Positions 9,359 to 19,806 of a stretch of DNA of 64,000 bases are shown piece after piece (within the stretch, counting starts at the first letter, position 1; the number at the start of each line of letters is the position of its first letter). The stretch is taken from positions 1 through 64,000 of the forward strand of contig JBOEGF010000026.1 of the NCBI GenBank assembly GCA_050633305.1. The letters run 5' to 3'. The notes beneath the pieces are model-generated. The model saw only the letters and a list, made by a program, of their open reading frames with translations, was not told where the DNA came from and did not search any database. The DNA is from Nannocystales bacterium. GTDB lineage: Bacteria > Myxococcota_A > Polyangia > Nannocystales > Nannocystaceae. A program made the translations under genes and the position numbers.

Positions 9359-10840
9359 TCAGTGGCAGACAGCAGCGACGGGGAACGCGGCCGCGGGCAA
9401 GTTGCCGCCGTCGGCCAACCACGGTGCGGTGGTTCCGTCGTTCTCATATTCGAAGAACACGACCTGCCCAGGGTCGCCCTCAGGCGTGGCGAGGCCGGTG
9501 GTGACCACGACTCCGTGGGTCCAGTCACGGCACGCGGCACCGTCGGTCTGCAGGAACGCAATCGGGGCTCCGCCGGTGTAGTCCTGAATGAAGCAGCCGA
9601 AGCCTTCGTGCTCTTCGCAGCCGGGCTCCAACGTCAGGGGACCCTCGCCGCCGCCATCGCTCATCGTGACCAGCGTGCCGGAGGGCAGGGTCCCGTTCCA
9701 CGCTCCTGCGGTGAGGAAGACCATGAAATCGGTGGGGCTCGGAAGGGGCGTGAAGGCATCGAGGATGCCGGGACGCTCCGAGATGTCCACCGAGAGGTCG
9801 AAGGGATCGGCGACCGCCTCGAGGGCGAACTCCGCGACGTCGCCGTAGCTTTCTCCGTCTGAGGGCAACGCGTCGGGGTAGGTCATGACGATGAGCTCGG
9901 AGAACGCGGACTGAGAACGCGCGGCGTAGAGGCGGGCGTGCCAGGGGTCGAGTGTGAGCGTGCGGGCGGAGAACGCGGTGCTGTTCTCTTCGGGGTAGGG
10001 CTCACGCAGGTCGATGGGCTCGCCGAGCTGGGCCGGCTCCTGCGCGCTGACGTCGTAGGTGAAGACCTCGTCGGTGATCCCGTGAAACAACACGAGGATG
10101 CGTCGAGGACCATCGACATCGAGCGAGGTCGTGGCGGGGATCGTCACGCTGGAGAGGACGGCAGGCTTGGCCGGGTCGGTGGTGTCGACCGTGTGGAGCA
10201 ACATCATCCCCGTGCCACCGGTCGTGTCGTCGGCGACGACGTACAAGCGCTCGTGGTACGGGTCGACACGCACGAACCGTGGGGCTGTCTCGAGCTGCAG
10301 CGCGCCGAGTTCTTGGGGATCCTCAACCGCATCGCCGGGGCCGTCGGGACGATCGAGCCCGTAGAGGACAACGCGTTGGGCGACATCTTGGGCCACGACG
10401 AGGCGGTCGTTGACGTCGTCGAGCGCGAGGTCATGGGTGATCGTGCCGAGGTCGAGCGAGCCACCCGCGGTCGGTACGTCCGCATCGGTGCGGTACCAAC
10501 GAAGCTCGCCCCCCAAGAAGTGGGCGACGTAGGCGACACCCGACCTTGGTACGGGCTCGGGGAGGACGCCCGACTGCGGTCCGGTGTCCTCGGTCGGATC
10601 GTCACCGCTCCCATCCGAGCCGCCCGGGAGCCCTCCAGTGCTCGCGTCGGTCACCCCCGTGGGAGGAGAGGTCGGGTCGCTGTCGCTCGCGGAGGCCCCA
10701 TTGCCATCGGTTCCGAGTCCGGAGGTGTTGGCGCCACTTTCGACGTCGGCGGTGACAACGCCGTCGTCGCTACATCCGGCGGCTGCGCAGATCACCAGGC
10801 CGCAGAGCTTCAATCCCAACCGCATGGCCTCCGATAGCAC
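9359..10840 (-). CDS. Lipoprotein, probable beta-propeller
   Basis: Strong RBS GAGAGGAG, lipobox AAGC, Ser/Thr/Gly linker, repeated VDPYHERLYV/LDPWHARLYA/LDDVNDRLVV blades. Confidence 0.7.
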   Translation of the reverse strand: MLSEAMRLGLKLCGLVICAAAGCSDDGVVTADVESGANTSGLGTDGNGASASDSDPTSPPTGVTDASTGGLPGGSDGSGDDPTEDTGPQSGVLPEPVPRSGVAYVAHFLGGELRWYRTDADVPTAGGSLDLGTITHDLALDDVNDRLVVAQDVAQRVVLYGLDRPDGPGDAVEDPQELGALQLETAPRFVRVDPYHERLYVVADDTTGGTGMMLLHTVDTTDPAKPAVLSSVTIPATTSLDVDGPRRILVLFHGITDEVFTYDVSAQEPAQLGEPIDLREPYPEENSTAFSARTLTLDPWHARLYAARSQSAFSELIVMTYPDALPSDGESYGDVAEFALEAVADPFDLSVDISERPGILDAFTPLPSPTDFMVFLTAGAWNGTLPSGTLVTMSDGGGEGPLTLEPGCEEHEGFGCFIQDYTGGAPIAFLQTDGAACRDWTHGVVVTTGLATPEGDPGQVVFFEYENDGTTAPWLADGGNLPAAAFPVAAVCH

Positions 10841-10904
10841 GGGTCTCCTCTCTGCGTGTAGGTAAGTGTAGTTCGGGAAACTTGTTTGCTAGCCTGCGCG
10901 TCCC

Positions 10905-12305
10905 ATGACCATGCCTCGCCTCCGATGGGGCGCGGTCGTGTTCTCGGTGCTCTTGGGATCGTTCATGACCAACCCCGGAACCGTCACCGCGTCCGCCCCC
11001 GCGTCCGAACCCTCTGTCGATGTTCCGTTTGAGCGTTACACGCTCGACAACGGACTCGAAGTCATCCTTCACAGCGACCGCTCCGTCCCTCTGGTGGCGG
11101 TCGACGTCTGGTACCACGTCGGCAGCGGCGACGAGGAGCCCGGCCTGTCCGGCTTTGCGCACCTGTTCGAGCACATGATGTTCCAGGGGGCGAAGCACAT
11201 CGGCTCCGATGTCCACTTCGACACGCTGCGCAAGATCGGCGGGACCGGAGTCAACGGCACCACGAACAAGGACCGCACCAACTACTACGAGGTGGTGCCC
11301 AGTCATCAGATCGAGACGGCGCTGTGGCTCGAGAGCGACCGGATGGGGTACCTGCTCGACCTGCTCAACCAAGAAGCGCTGGACAACCAGATCGACGTGG
11401 TTCGCAACGAACGACGCCAGCGCTACGACAACGTTCCATTCGGCTTGGAGCGTTTTGCGGTCGCGGCGGGTCTGTACCCCGAAGGCCACCCGTATCGCTA
11501 CCTCACGATCGGAAAGCACGAGGACCTCGAGACCGCCAAGCTCGGGGACGTTCGTGCGTTCTTCAAGCAGTGGTACGTCCCGAGCAACGCCACGCTCGTG
11601 CTCGCCGGCGACTTCGAGATGGAGGAAGGCAAGGCGTTGGTCGACAAGTGGTTCGCTACGTTCCCGAAGTTCGACAAGCCTGGCCATACCGCCCCCGAAC
11701 TCCCACCCCTCGCAAAGACCGAACGCACCGAGCTGGACGACACGTTCGCCAAGTTCACCCGGCTTCACTTCGCGTGGCAAAGCCCTGCGAAACTGGCCAA
11801 GGGCGACGCCGAGCTGACCGTGCTCAGTCGGGTGCTCGGCTCGTCGGGTTGGGGCCGGCTGTACAAGCGGCTCGTTCTGGGAAGCGAAGCGGCGCAGCGC
11901 GTGAGCGTGTATCAGAGCGGCAACGGCTTCTCCGGCGAGTTCCACGTCGTTGTGGACGTGAAACCTGGACGTGATCTGGCGGAGGTTGAAGCGGCGGTGG
12001 GCGAAGAGCTTCGCCGCGCTGCGCTGGAGCCGATCTCCGATGTGGAGCTGCGACGGGTCGTCAACGGGATCGAGAGCGGCTTGGTCTGGGGGCTGGAGGA
12101 GGTCCTTGGCCGGGCCGAGCGGTTGCAGTTCTTCAACCACTACTCCGGCAAGCCTGGCTACTACGAAGAGTACGTCCAGACGTTCCGCGACCTGACGCCT
12201 CAGGGCATTCAGACGCAAGCCAAGGCCACGCTCTCCGCCCATCGCGTCGAGGTGGTGAGCCGCCCGGCGAGCGCGGCGACGAAGCCGAACGCGGGTGGCG
12301 CGTGA
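10905..12305 (+). CDS. M16 (pitrilysin-like) zinc peptidase, catalytic subunit
   Basis: TLDNGL, WYHVGS.DE, inverted zinc motif HLFEH, NGTT..DRTNYY, LWLESDRM. Signal peptide. Confidence 0.93.
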   Translation: MTMPRLRWGAVVFSVLLGSFMTNPGTVTASAPASEPSVDVPFERYTLDNGLEVILHSDRSVPLVAVDVWYHVGSGDEEPGLSGFAHLFEHMMFQGAKHIGSDVHFDTLRKIGGTGVNGTTNKDRTNYYEVVPSHQIETALWLESDRMGYLLDLLNQEALDNQIDVVRNERRQRYDNVPFGLERFAVAAGLYPEGHPYRYLTIGKHEDLETAKLGDVRAFFKQWYVPSNATLVLAGDFEMEEGKALVDKWFATFPKFDKPGHTAPELPPLAKTERTELDDTFAKFTRLHFAWQSPAKLAKGDAELTVLSRVLGSSGWGRLYKRLVLGSEAAQRVSVYQSGNGFSGEFHVVVDVKPGRDLAEVEAAVGEELRRAALEPISDVELRRVVNGIESGLVWGLEEVLGRAERLQFFNHYSGKPGYYEEYVQTFRDLTPQGIQTQAKATLSAHRVEVVSRPASAATKPNAGGA

Positions 12306-13816
12306 AAAAGATCCTGCTCGCAGTGGGCCTTTTGCTGGCCTGTACACCGTCTTCAAACACTGCGCCCCCCGACGCCGGACAGGGATCCATCGCAATTACC
12401 GGCAACACGCCCTCAGGATCCGCCGTGGTCTGGCCCGACGAACAGTTTCGCTACCAACAGCCGCAGCCGCAGCAGCCGCGCGAGCTCAACGTCCCTCCTG
12501 CCCAACGGTTTGAGCTCGATTCGGGGCTCGACGTGGTGCTGGTCTCTCGCACTGACCTCCCCACGGTGTCGATGTGGATGTCCTTCCCAACTGGTTCGGT
12601 CTCGGACCCCAAGGGCAAGCGCGGCCGAACGAGTCTCTGCATGAGTCTGATGTCGCAAGGCACGGCCAAGCTGGACAAGATCGCGTTCGAGGAAAAACAG
12701 GCGGACCTGGCGGTGAGCGTCTGGGCCAACTCCGGTTCGGAGCGGGTGAGTACCGGCGTCTCCTCGCTGGCCCGCACGCTCGAGCCCGCACTCGACCTGT
12801 GGATCGAGATGCTTCGCGACCCCGGGATGCGCGAAGACGATCTCAAGCGGTTGGTGAGTGCCCGGAAGGCGTCGCTTGCCCAGAACCGAGCCGCGCCGAG
12901 AAACCTGGCCCGCCGGCTGTGGCCCTCGGTCGTGATGGGTCCCGAGCATCCCTATGGGCGCCTGACGACCGAGCGGGACTACACCTCGATCTCGCGCAAG
13001 GACTGTCAGAAGTTCGCGTCTGGGTTGGGCCTGGAGAACGCGACCTTGTTCGTCGCAGGGGCGATGACCAAGCAACAGGTGATCGACTCGGTGGGCTCGA
13101 GGCTCTCGGACTGGAAAGGGGCAACAACCGTCCCCGACACCCCGAGCGCACCTGCTCCCCGAAAGGCCGCGGTCTACTTCGCGGATGTCCCCGGCGCCAA
13201 GCAGTCGCAGTTGTACGTGGGGCACCCGGGGCCGATGCGGACCGCCGACGACTACGAAGCCAACCGCCTCAACGCCGCCATCTTGGGTGGGAGTTTCAGC
13301 GGCCGGGTCAACATGAACCTGCGCGAGGACAAGGGCTTCGCCTACGGGGCCCGAGCGCGGTTCTCCTACTACAAGCACGCTGGCGTGTTTGCGATGACGT
13401 CCTCCGTTCGCGGCGACGCAACCGCAGACGCGCTGGGCGAGCTGCTCTTCGAGCTTCGCCGCATGCGGACTGAACCGGTCTCGACCGAGGAACTCGCCCG
13501 CGAGCAGGACGCCGCGATCGCCAGCTTGCCGGCGTTGTTCGACACATCGCGGCAGCTCCTGTCGACCTACGCCAGCCTGAGCTTCTACGGGCTGCCGTTG
13601 GACTACTACGCGGGGTTCGTCGGTCGGATCTCGGACCAGGGCATCGCAGATCTGCGGACCGCGGCTCGGAACAACCTGAACGACTCTCAGCTCTCCATCT
13701 TGGTGGTCGGCGATGGGGAGGCGGTTCTGCCGAGCCTGCAAGCCTTGGCCGACAAGGAGTCTCTCGGACCCGTGGTGATGCTCGATCCCGACGGCCACGT
13801 CGTGAAGACGCCGTAG
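12302..13816 (+). CDS. M16 peptidase non-catalytic partner subunit (lipoprotein)
   Basis: Lipobox LLAC, no HxxEH, has HPYGR and ILGGSFSGR..NLREDKGFAYG. GTGA overlap with the upstream gene. Confidence 0.9.
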   Translation: MKKILLAVGLLLACTPSSNTAPPDAGQGSIAITGNTPSGSAVVWPDEQFRYQQPQPQQPRELNVPPAQRFELDSGLDVVLVSRTDLPTVSMWMSFPTGSVSDPKGKRGRTSLCMSLMSQGTAKLDKIAFEEKQADLAVSVWANSGSERVSTGVSSLARTLEPALDLWIEMLRDPGMREDDLKRLVSARKASLAQNRAAPRNLARRLWPSVVMGPEHPYGRLTTERDYTSISRKDCQKFASGLGLENATLFVAGAMTKQQVIDSVGSRLSDWKGATTVPDTPSAPAPRKAAVYFADVPGAKQSQLYVGHPGPMRTADDYEANRLNAAILGGSFSGRVNMNLREDKGFAYGARARFSYYKHAGVFAMTSSVRGDATADALGELLFELRRMRTEPVSTEELAREQDAAIASLPALFDTSRQLLSTYASLSFYGLPLDYYAGFVGRISDQGIADLRTAARNNLNDSQLSILVVGDGEAVLPSLQALADKESLGPVVMLDPDGHVVKTP

Positions 13817-13846
13817 CGGCTTGCTGTCGGCGGCCGTGCGCGAGGT

Positions 13847-14827
13847 TCAGGGCGCGGCCGCGGCGAGTTCGTGCCCGACAACGATCCGAAGCGCGGGCAC
13901 ACGTTGTGCGAGCTCGCTGAGCGCGAGTGCGGATGTGTGCGCGGCCACGGGGTCATGGACATGGGGGCTGGGTCGAATGTGGTGCTCAAACTGGGCGACA
14001 TACGCGACCGCGTCTCCCGTGAGTAGGACGGGCTCCGACCCGTTGACCAGGTACGAGACGTGATCTGGAGAGTGTCCGGGGGTCGACAGGGCCCATAGCG
14101 AACCATCTCCAAGCAGGTCGATGGCCCCGGAGAAGGGACGGCGGGCGGTCGACGAGGAGAAATCGAGTGTCTGCAAGGGCCGTCCGTCGAGATGGGCTCC
14201 CATGAGTGCCCGATTGGAGAAGGTGTCTTCTCCCCGCCCAAACACTGCGGTGACAGCGGGGGCGAGGTCCTCGAGGCCCGAGGTGTGGTCCGCATGCAAG
14301 TGGGTCAGGAAGACGGTCGTGGGCTCGGCTCCCCGTGCCTGGAGAAGCTCGCCTAGGCCGGTTCCCTGCGGCTGGTCGACCTCGGCCCCGATGAGCCAGA
14401 GCGCGGTGCGGAGCAGGGCGGTGTAGTTGCCCGCGCGGTTGAGGGTGAAGGACTGGCTGAGCCCTGCGTCCACCAGGAAGTCCCCGTACTGCTCGTGCCG
14501 GACCAGGTGCGCGAGGACGACGGACGGGGCGTCGCGCGGGCCAGCCTTGGAGATGTTGGGGTCGTCCGGGTCCAAGACGACGAACCGGTCACCGGTCACC
14601 GTGCCGGTTACCAGCGTTTCCACACGGATCGGGCGGGGTTGCGCCAGAATCTCCTCCCAGCTCGCTGTGTCAGCCTGCACGGCTACGTGGTTCAGCCTCG
14701 GCTGGCTGTCGAGCGAAGTCGCTCCATGGCGTAGAAGCAGCATCGCGAGCCCCACAAGCAGGCCCACGGCGGTCGCAGCGAGTCGCAGGACCGCCCGGAC
14801 CCGCCCTCTTCCGGTCGTTGGTTTCAT
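13847..14827 (-). CDS. Metallo-beta-lactamase-fold hydrolase (AHL-lactonase-like subfamily) with N-terminal TM/signal
   Basis: LVDAG, THLHADH, DLLGDGS, TPGHSPDH, LTGDA, VGHE. Start set at ATG 14827. Confidence 0.85.
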   Translation of the reverse strand: MKPTTGRGRVRAVLRLAATAVGLLVGLAMLLLRHGATSLDSQPRLNHVAVQADTASWEEILAQPRPIRVETLVTGTVTGDRFVVLDPDDPNISKAGPRDAPSVVLAHLVRHEQYGDFLVDAGLSQSFTLNRAGNYTALLRTALWLIGAEVDQPQGTGLGELLQARGAEPTTVFLTHLHADHTSGLEDLAPAVTAVFGRGEDTFSNRALMGAHLDGRPLQTLDFSSSTARRPFSGAIDLLGDGSLWALSTPGHSPDHVSYLVNGSEPVLLTGDAVAYVAQFEHHIRPSPHVHDPVAAHTSALALSELAQRVPALRIVVGHELAAAAP

Positions 14828-14855
14828 CGGTCCGCAGTGTGGAACGATGCGGAGC

Positions 14856-14902
14856 ATGATCCCACTGCATGAATGATATGCGGCAAGATGAGTTCTGCGC
14901 AT
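14856..14902. promoter_or_regulatory. Two LysR-type T-N11-A boxes (ATG-N9-CAT)
   Basis: ATGATCCCACTGCAT (14856-14870) and ATGAGTTCTGCGCAT (14888-14902) in the 73-bp divergent gap. Confidence 0.6.
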
Positions 14903-15809
14903 GGCGGAGACACGGCTCGAAGAACTCAACCTCAACCTTCTGCTGGCGCTTCACTGGATCCTTGTCGAGCAGGGGGTGACCCCGGCTTCGAATCGCATGG
15001 GGGTGACGCAGTCGGCGATGAGTCGCAGCCTTGCGCAGCTCCGGCTCGTGTTCGACGACCCATTGTTGGTCGGGCGAGGGACACGACTGCGCCTCTCCCC
15101 GCGGGCGGTGGCGTTGCGGGCTCCGCTGAGCCGCGCGATGGATGCGTTGCGCGTGGTCCTGCGGCCCCCCGAAGGTCCCGAGCAATTCGACCCGTCGTTT
15201 GCCCACGGTTCGTTGCGGGTTGCCGCCACCGAGCACGGGATGCGGGCGGTCGTGGAGCGCGCCCTTCCGCAGGCTGTGACGGCCGCACCGAACCTCGACA
15301 TCCAGATCGAGCCGGCGGGACGCGACGTGTTCGCGCGGGTTGAAGGCGGCCATCTGGACCTGCTTGTCGCCCCCAAGGTCGGCTCGTTGGCGCCCGTGTT
15401 TCGCTCGGCGTCGATCCTCGCGGAGCGGTTCGTCGTCGTGGTGCGGCGCAAACATCCTTTGGCCGGCGCCCGGTGGACGCTGCCGAGGTATCAACGCTAT
15501 CCCCACGTCTTGGTTTGCCCGGTTGGCGGCGAGGCCGAGGGGGTCGTCGACCGTGCGCTCCACCGCCTCGGTCGGGAACGAAGGGTCGCGCTGCGGGTGC
15601 CCTACTTCGAGAGCGCGCTGCGGATCGTCGCTGGCAGCGATCTGATCGCCACGGTCCCCGCATCCGTGGTCGAGGAGAGCGACCGACGCTTCCAGGTCTC
15701 GGCCCCTCCGCTGGAGGTCCCGGGTTTCCTGCTGGAGGCGGTTTGGCATGAGCGTGTCGACGACGATCCCCGCCACATGTGGCTTCGCGGGCAGATCGGC
15801 GTGGTCTGA
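14901..15809 (+). CDS. LysR-family transcriptional regulator
   Basis: LNLNLLLAL, VTQSAMSRSLAQLR..FDDPLL HTH, FDP...LRVA, substrate-binding domain ending in WH......P.H.WLR. Confidence 0.95.
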   Translation: MAETRLEELNLNLLLALHWILVEQGVTPASNRMGVTQSAMSRSLAQLRLVFDDPLLVGRGTRLRLSPRAVALRAPLSRAMDALRVVLRPPEGPEQFDPSFAHGSLRVAATEHGMRAVVERALPQAVTAAPNLDIQIEPAGRDVFARVEGGHLDLLVAPKVGSLAPVFRSASILAERFVVVVRRKHPLAGARWTLPRYQRYPHVLVCPVGGEAEGVVDRALHRLGRERRVALRVPYFESALRIVAGSDLIATVPASVVEESDRRFQVSAPPLEVPGFLLEAVWHERVDDDPRHMWLRGQIGVV

Positions 15810-15856
15810 GGGCGCCGCCTTCCCACGGTCACAAGCGCGTGCGATCGTTGTGGCGC

Positions 15857-18800
15857 GTGGCAATCGATGTCCATGCGCCCTCGGAGGCGTGTCCCGATGA
15901 AGGCCAGATCTCCGCCTATGTGAGCGGCGGACTCGAGCCCGAGCTGCACGCGGCGATCGAGGCTCATCTCGATGGTTGTGACGCGTGCTCCCAGCTCGTC
16001 GCGGAGCTCGTTCGGATCTTTGCGGATGCGCGGAGCAGTCGATCGGTGCTCTCGTCGGGGATGCTCTCGTCGGGCTCGCTCACCCGGACCGAGGGCGGCG
16101 CCCCGGAGCCGCACGATGGCCCCGAGCTCCTCGCACCCGGCTCCGCGATCGGCCGCTACCGAACCCTCGAGTGCGTCGGTATCGGGGGAATGGGCGTGGT
16201 GTATGCGGCCTACGATCCGCACCTGGACCGTCGCGTCGCGTTGAAACTGCTGCTCGACGTCGGGGGGGACAATGGCGCACGCAAGCGCGCCCGACTGCTG
16301 CGAGAGGCGCAGTCGATGGCGAAGCTCACCCACACCAACGTGATCACCGTGCACGACGTGGGGACCTGGCACGGTCAGGTGTTCGTGGCGATGGAGTTTG
16401 TCGAAGGCGGCACGCTCAAGTCGTGGATGCGGGAGAAACGGCGGTCGTGGAAGGAGATCCGCGTCACGATGCTGGCGGCCGGCCGTGGACTGGCGGCTGC
16501 TCATGCGGTGGGTCTCGTGCACCGGGACTTCAAGCCGGACAACGTTCTCCTCGGAGACGACGGGCGGGTTCGGGTCACCGACTTTGGTCTCGCGCGCTGG
16601 GAAGATGGTGCCGTGTCGACGGGGGAGCATTTGCTCTCTGGAAGCGCGGACGTCTCGGGCTCGTTGGACGAGCCCGGGGATGATGTGCTCAGCGCAGAGG
16701 TCTCATTGACCCGGACCGGGGCGCTTGTCGGCACGCCCGCGTACATGGCTCCCGAGCTGTACGCGCACGAGGTTGCCGACGCGGCCACCGACCAGTTCGC
16801 GTTTTGCGTTGCCTTGTACGAGGCGTTGTACGGCGAGAGACCGTTTCATGGGCAAACCCTCGCCGAGCTCGCGACCAACGTCGTGTCTGCCGATGGTGTT
16901 GAGTTCCCCGGCGCCGTGAGTGTGCCCAGGCACATTCGCAAGGCGCTTCGCCGAGGGTTGTCGAGGCGCAGGCATGACCGGTTCCCGTCGATGGATGCAT
17001 TGATGGCCGCGCTCGACCGCCGAGTCGTTCGTCGTTGGCGTCAGGCTGCGGTCATCGGTGTCCCGATGGCGACCCTCGCACTTGGGGCCTGGGGCACCTC
17101 CAACCGCGACACACAGGAAAACGGCTGCGGGGACGCGAGCGCTGTGTTCGGGGTCGTCTGGAGCGAGGAGCGTCGAGCGCGAATCTCCGAGGCGTTCTCA
17201 CGGGCGGATTCGGCTCTGGCTGGGCAAGCGTCGCGGGCCCTACTGGAGAGCGTGGATGCGTATGCAGAGTCTTGGGGCGCCGCGGCGCAGTCGACGTGCG
17301 AGGCTCGCTCCCGCGAAGGCGGTCGAACGTTCGTGGTGTTGGCGGAGCGGTGCCTCGCGCAGCGACGGATCGCCTTGGACATCGCCCTCGAGGACTTCGA
17401 GGAGGTCGACGACGGTGACATTGGGCGGGCGCGCGGGTTGGTCGCTTCGATCGCTCGAGACTGCACGGACGAAGGCGCGCTGCTCTCCGGGGCGCCACCG
17501 CCTGCACCGGAGGACCTCAGGGAGGAGGTGGAACGCGTTCGGTTGGAGCTCGCGAAGGTCGACGGGTATCTCGCCTCGGGGGAGTATCAGGCGGGCGTCG
17601 AGCTTGCTCGAAAGCTGGACACCGAAGCGGCCATCACCGGGCATGAGCCACTGCAGGCGGAGACGCGGCTCGAACTCGCAAGGATCCTCGATCTTGCGGG
17701 TGACGTGGAGGGGGCCGCGGCCGCCCTCGAAGAAGCCGAGTTGCTCGGGATGTCCAGCCGATTCCACCGCGTCACGGCGCAGGCGCTGACGTTGGCGGTG
17801 TACGTGCGCGGGGTCATCATGCAGCAGCACGACGTGGCCCGAGGGTTGGCACTGCGAGCCGCCGCGGCGACGAAGGCAGCTGGGGGGGACGACCAGTTTC
17901 GAGCCGCCTTGCTGATGAACCAAGCGTCCTTGGAGTACTCGGCCGGCGAGTATGCGACCGCCGAGTCGTTTGCCGCCCGTGCACTCAAACTCCGGGACCG
18001 CGAGGCCGACGCCATGCGGTGGGCTGACGCGGCCTACAACCTCGCAACGATTCGTATGTTTGCGGGGCGAAATGCCGAGGCTATCGACACGCTGCACGAG
18101 TACATCTCCACGTTCGAGGCTGAGGTGGGGCACTTCCACCCTGATGTTTCGGTCGGCTACCACACGCTCTCGATGGCTCTGTTGGCGACGGGCAAGACCG
18201 ACGAGGGCGAAGAGGCACTGCGTACCGCACTCGAGATCTTGGAGAAGACGGTGGGCGAGAGCCACCCGCTGTACGCAAACCCGCTTTCGGATCTGTCGGT
18301 GTTCGAGGCCGAGCGCGGCAACCTCGACGTGGCTATCTCGCTTGCCCGCAAAGCTCTTGCGATCCGGGAAGAGCAGGGGGCGCAGCCGTTGTCGGCGGCG
18401 GCGAACCGTCTGCATGTGGCGCAGTGGCTCGCCGAACTGCATCGGGTGGAGGAGGCTCGGACCGAACTTGATCGGGCCGAGAAGGACGCGCTTGCGGCCG
18501 TCGGACCCGGGCACCCGCGCATGGCCGAGTTCCACGTCGTTCGGGCCAGCCTCCATGCCAACGACGGCAACCGCGAGGCCACCAAGGAGGCGATGGACCG
18601 GGCCCAGGTGTTGATCGAGGCCGACCCCGAAGCGCTGTGGAACCACCGGCTGATCTGGGCCCGTCAACTCGGGATCCTCGGCGCCGACGATGAGGCGATG
18701 GCCGAGCTGCGTACGCTGCTCGCACAGGGGTCGCAAACCCAACCGCAGGATGACCTTGCCCAGGCGCGTTTCGTGTTGGCGGGGTTTGTCGAGGCAAAGA

Positions 18801-18913
18801 CCCCGGGGGCGGCGGAGGCCCGCGTGCTGGCGCAGACCGCCCTGCGGGGTTTTGAGAAGACGAGCAAGACCGCGGCGGCTGAAGAGGTTCGCGGTTGGCT
18901 GGCCGAGCATTGA
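15857..18913 (+). CDS. Ser/Thr kinase with N-terminal HxxxCxxC zinc finger, TM and TPR repeats
   Basis: HLDGCDAC; IGIGGMGVV, VALK, HRDFKPDN, DFGLA, GTPAYMAPE; TPR-like helices with HP motifs. Start uncertain (15779-15857). Confidence 0.92.
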   Translation: MAIDVHAPSEACPDEGQISAYVSGGLEPELHAAIEAHLDGCDACSQLVAELVRIFADARSSRSVLSSGMLSSGSLTRTEGGAPEPHDGPELLAPGSAIGRYRTLECVGIGGMGVVYAAYDPHLDRRVALKLLLDVGGDNGARKRARLLREAQSMAKLTHTNVITVHDVGTWHGQVFVAMEFVEGGTLKSWMREKRRSWKEIRVTMLAAGRGLAAAHAVGLVHRDFKPDNVLLGDDGRVRVTDFGLARWEDGAVSTGEHLLSGSADVSGSLDEPGDDVLSAEVSLTRTGALVGTPAYMAPELYAHEVADAATDQFAFCVALYEALYGERPFHGQTLAELATNVVSADGVEFPGAVSVPRHIRKALRRGLSRRRHDRFPSMDALMAALDRRVVRRWRQAAVIGVPMATLALGAWGTSNRDTQENGCGDASAVFGVVWSEERRARISEAFSRADSALAGQASRALLESVDAYAESWGAAAQSTCEARSREGGRTFVVLAERCLAQRRIALDIALEDFEEVDDGDIGRARGLVASIARDCTDEGALLSGAPPPAPEDLREEVERVRLELAKVDGYLASGEYQAGVELARKLDTEAAITGHEPLQAETRLELARILDLAGDVEGAAAALEEAELLGMSSRFHRVTAQALTLAVYVRGVIMQQHDVARGLALRAAAATKAAGGDDQFRAALLMNQASLEYSAGEYATAESFAARALKLRDREADAMRWADAAYNLATIRMFAGRNAEAIDTLHEYISTFEAEVGHFHPDVSVGYHTLSMALLATGKTDEGEEALRTALEILEKTVGESHPLYANPLSDLSVFEAERGNLDVAISLARKALAIREEQGAQPLSAAANRLHVAQWLAELHRVEEARTELDRAEKDALAAVGPGHPRMAEFHVVRASLHANDGNREATKEAMDRAQVLIEADPEALWNHRLIWARQLGILGADDEAMAELRTLLAQGSQTQPQDDLAQARFVLAGFVEAKTPGAAEARVLAQTALRGFEKTSKTAAAEEVRGWLAEH

Positions 18914-18979
18914 TGCTCTCCCCTGCGACCTCGGGGCCGATGTGCACACGGGTGTTCCCCGCTTGCTATCGTTCCGGTC

Positions 18980-19423
18980 ATGCGAGTGCTTTGTGCGTGG
19001 ATCACGGTCGGCCTGTTCGCTTTGGTGCCCAACGTTGCGATGGCGGACGTCATCTCGGACGAGGAGGCGCAGTGCCGCTCGCAGAAGGCCGGCGACGCAT
19101 GTTCCATCGGCGGAGAAGCGGGGACGTGTCAGCAGAGCACGTGCTCTCGCAACGACTACAGCGAGGGGGTGCCGCCCAAGACCAAGCAGGTCGACTGCAT
19201 GGTGTGCAAGGCCGGAGCTGCGCCGGAGCCTATCGGTGAGGAAGCGAAGGCCGAGGACGCGAAGGACGAGAAGCCAGCGGCCGAGGCGGGGAAGGATGCC
19301 AAGGCGGGGTCGGAGGACGCGGGCAAGTCGAAGTCGAGTGGATGCTCGGTGGGCGGCCCTGCGCCGCTTGGACTGGGCTTGCTCTTGGTCGGCGGCGTCA
19401 TGCTCGGGCGCCGTCGCGACTGA
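18980..19423 (+). CDS. Small secreted Cys-rich protein with MYXO-CTERM sorting signal
   Basis: Signal peptide, six Cys, C-terminal SSGCSVGG + hydrophobic stretch + RRRD. Confidence 0.8.
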   Translation: MRVLCAWITVGLFALVPNVAMADVISDEEAQCRSQKAGDACSIGGEAGTCQQSTCSRNDYSEGVPPKTKQVDCMVCKAGAAPEPIGEEAKAEDAKDEKPAAEAGKDAKAGSEDAGKSKSSGCSVGGPAPLGLGLLLVGGVMLGRRRD

Positions 19424-19428
19424 ATCCG

Positions 19429-19770
19429 CTACAGGAGCAGGCCGACGCCGAACGACACGGCGTTGGCGAGCAGTGCGAGCGCGAAGCCTCGCGAGGGCGG
19501 GAGCCGCAGGCCGACCGTATAGATGAGGCTTTCTGCGAGAACTACCGCCGCTTCGATCCGCAGCGCCTTGCCCTCAGGTGTTAGCCCCGGGGTGTGCGTG
19601 ATCGAGAAATCCCAGGCGAATGGGTGGGTGAGCAGAGTCGCAGCGACCGCGGCGATGGCCCAGGCGGGCGCATGCGACCTGGGCATCCAACGGCGTGCCA
19701 AGCCCAGCCCCAGTAGGCAGGGAACCTCGAGGCCCAGCGAGATCAGCATCGCCTGGGTCTGCGAGAGCAC
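19429..19770 (-). CDS. Small integral membrane protein
   Basis: About four hydrophobic segments; TLLTHP, E..V...E and ANAVSF motifs. Confidence 0.65.
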   Translation of the reverse strand: MLSQTQAMLISLGLEVPCLLGLGLARRWMPRSHAPAWAIAAVAATLLTHPFAWDFSITHTPGLTPEGKALRIEAAVVLAESLIYTVGLRLPPSRGFALALLANAVSFGVGLLL

Positions 19771-19806
19771 GGCCGACCGTAGCAGCTGCTACGCTTTCCC
19801 CAAGCC

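Noticed and set aside
15857..16010. Zinc-finger anti-sigma-like domain fused to a kinase as a novelty
   Set aside because: This architecture is common among myxobacterial kinases, so it is recorded only as a feature.
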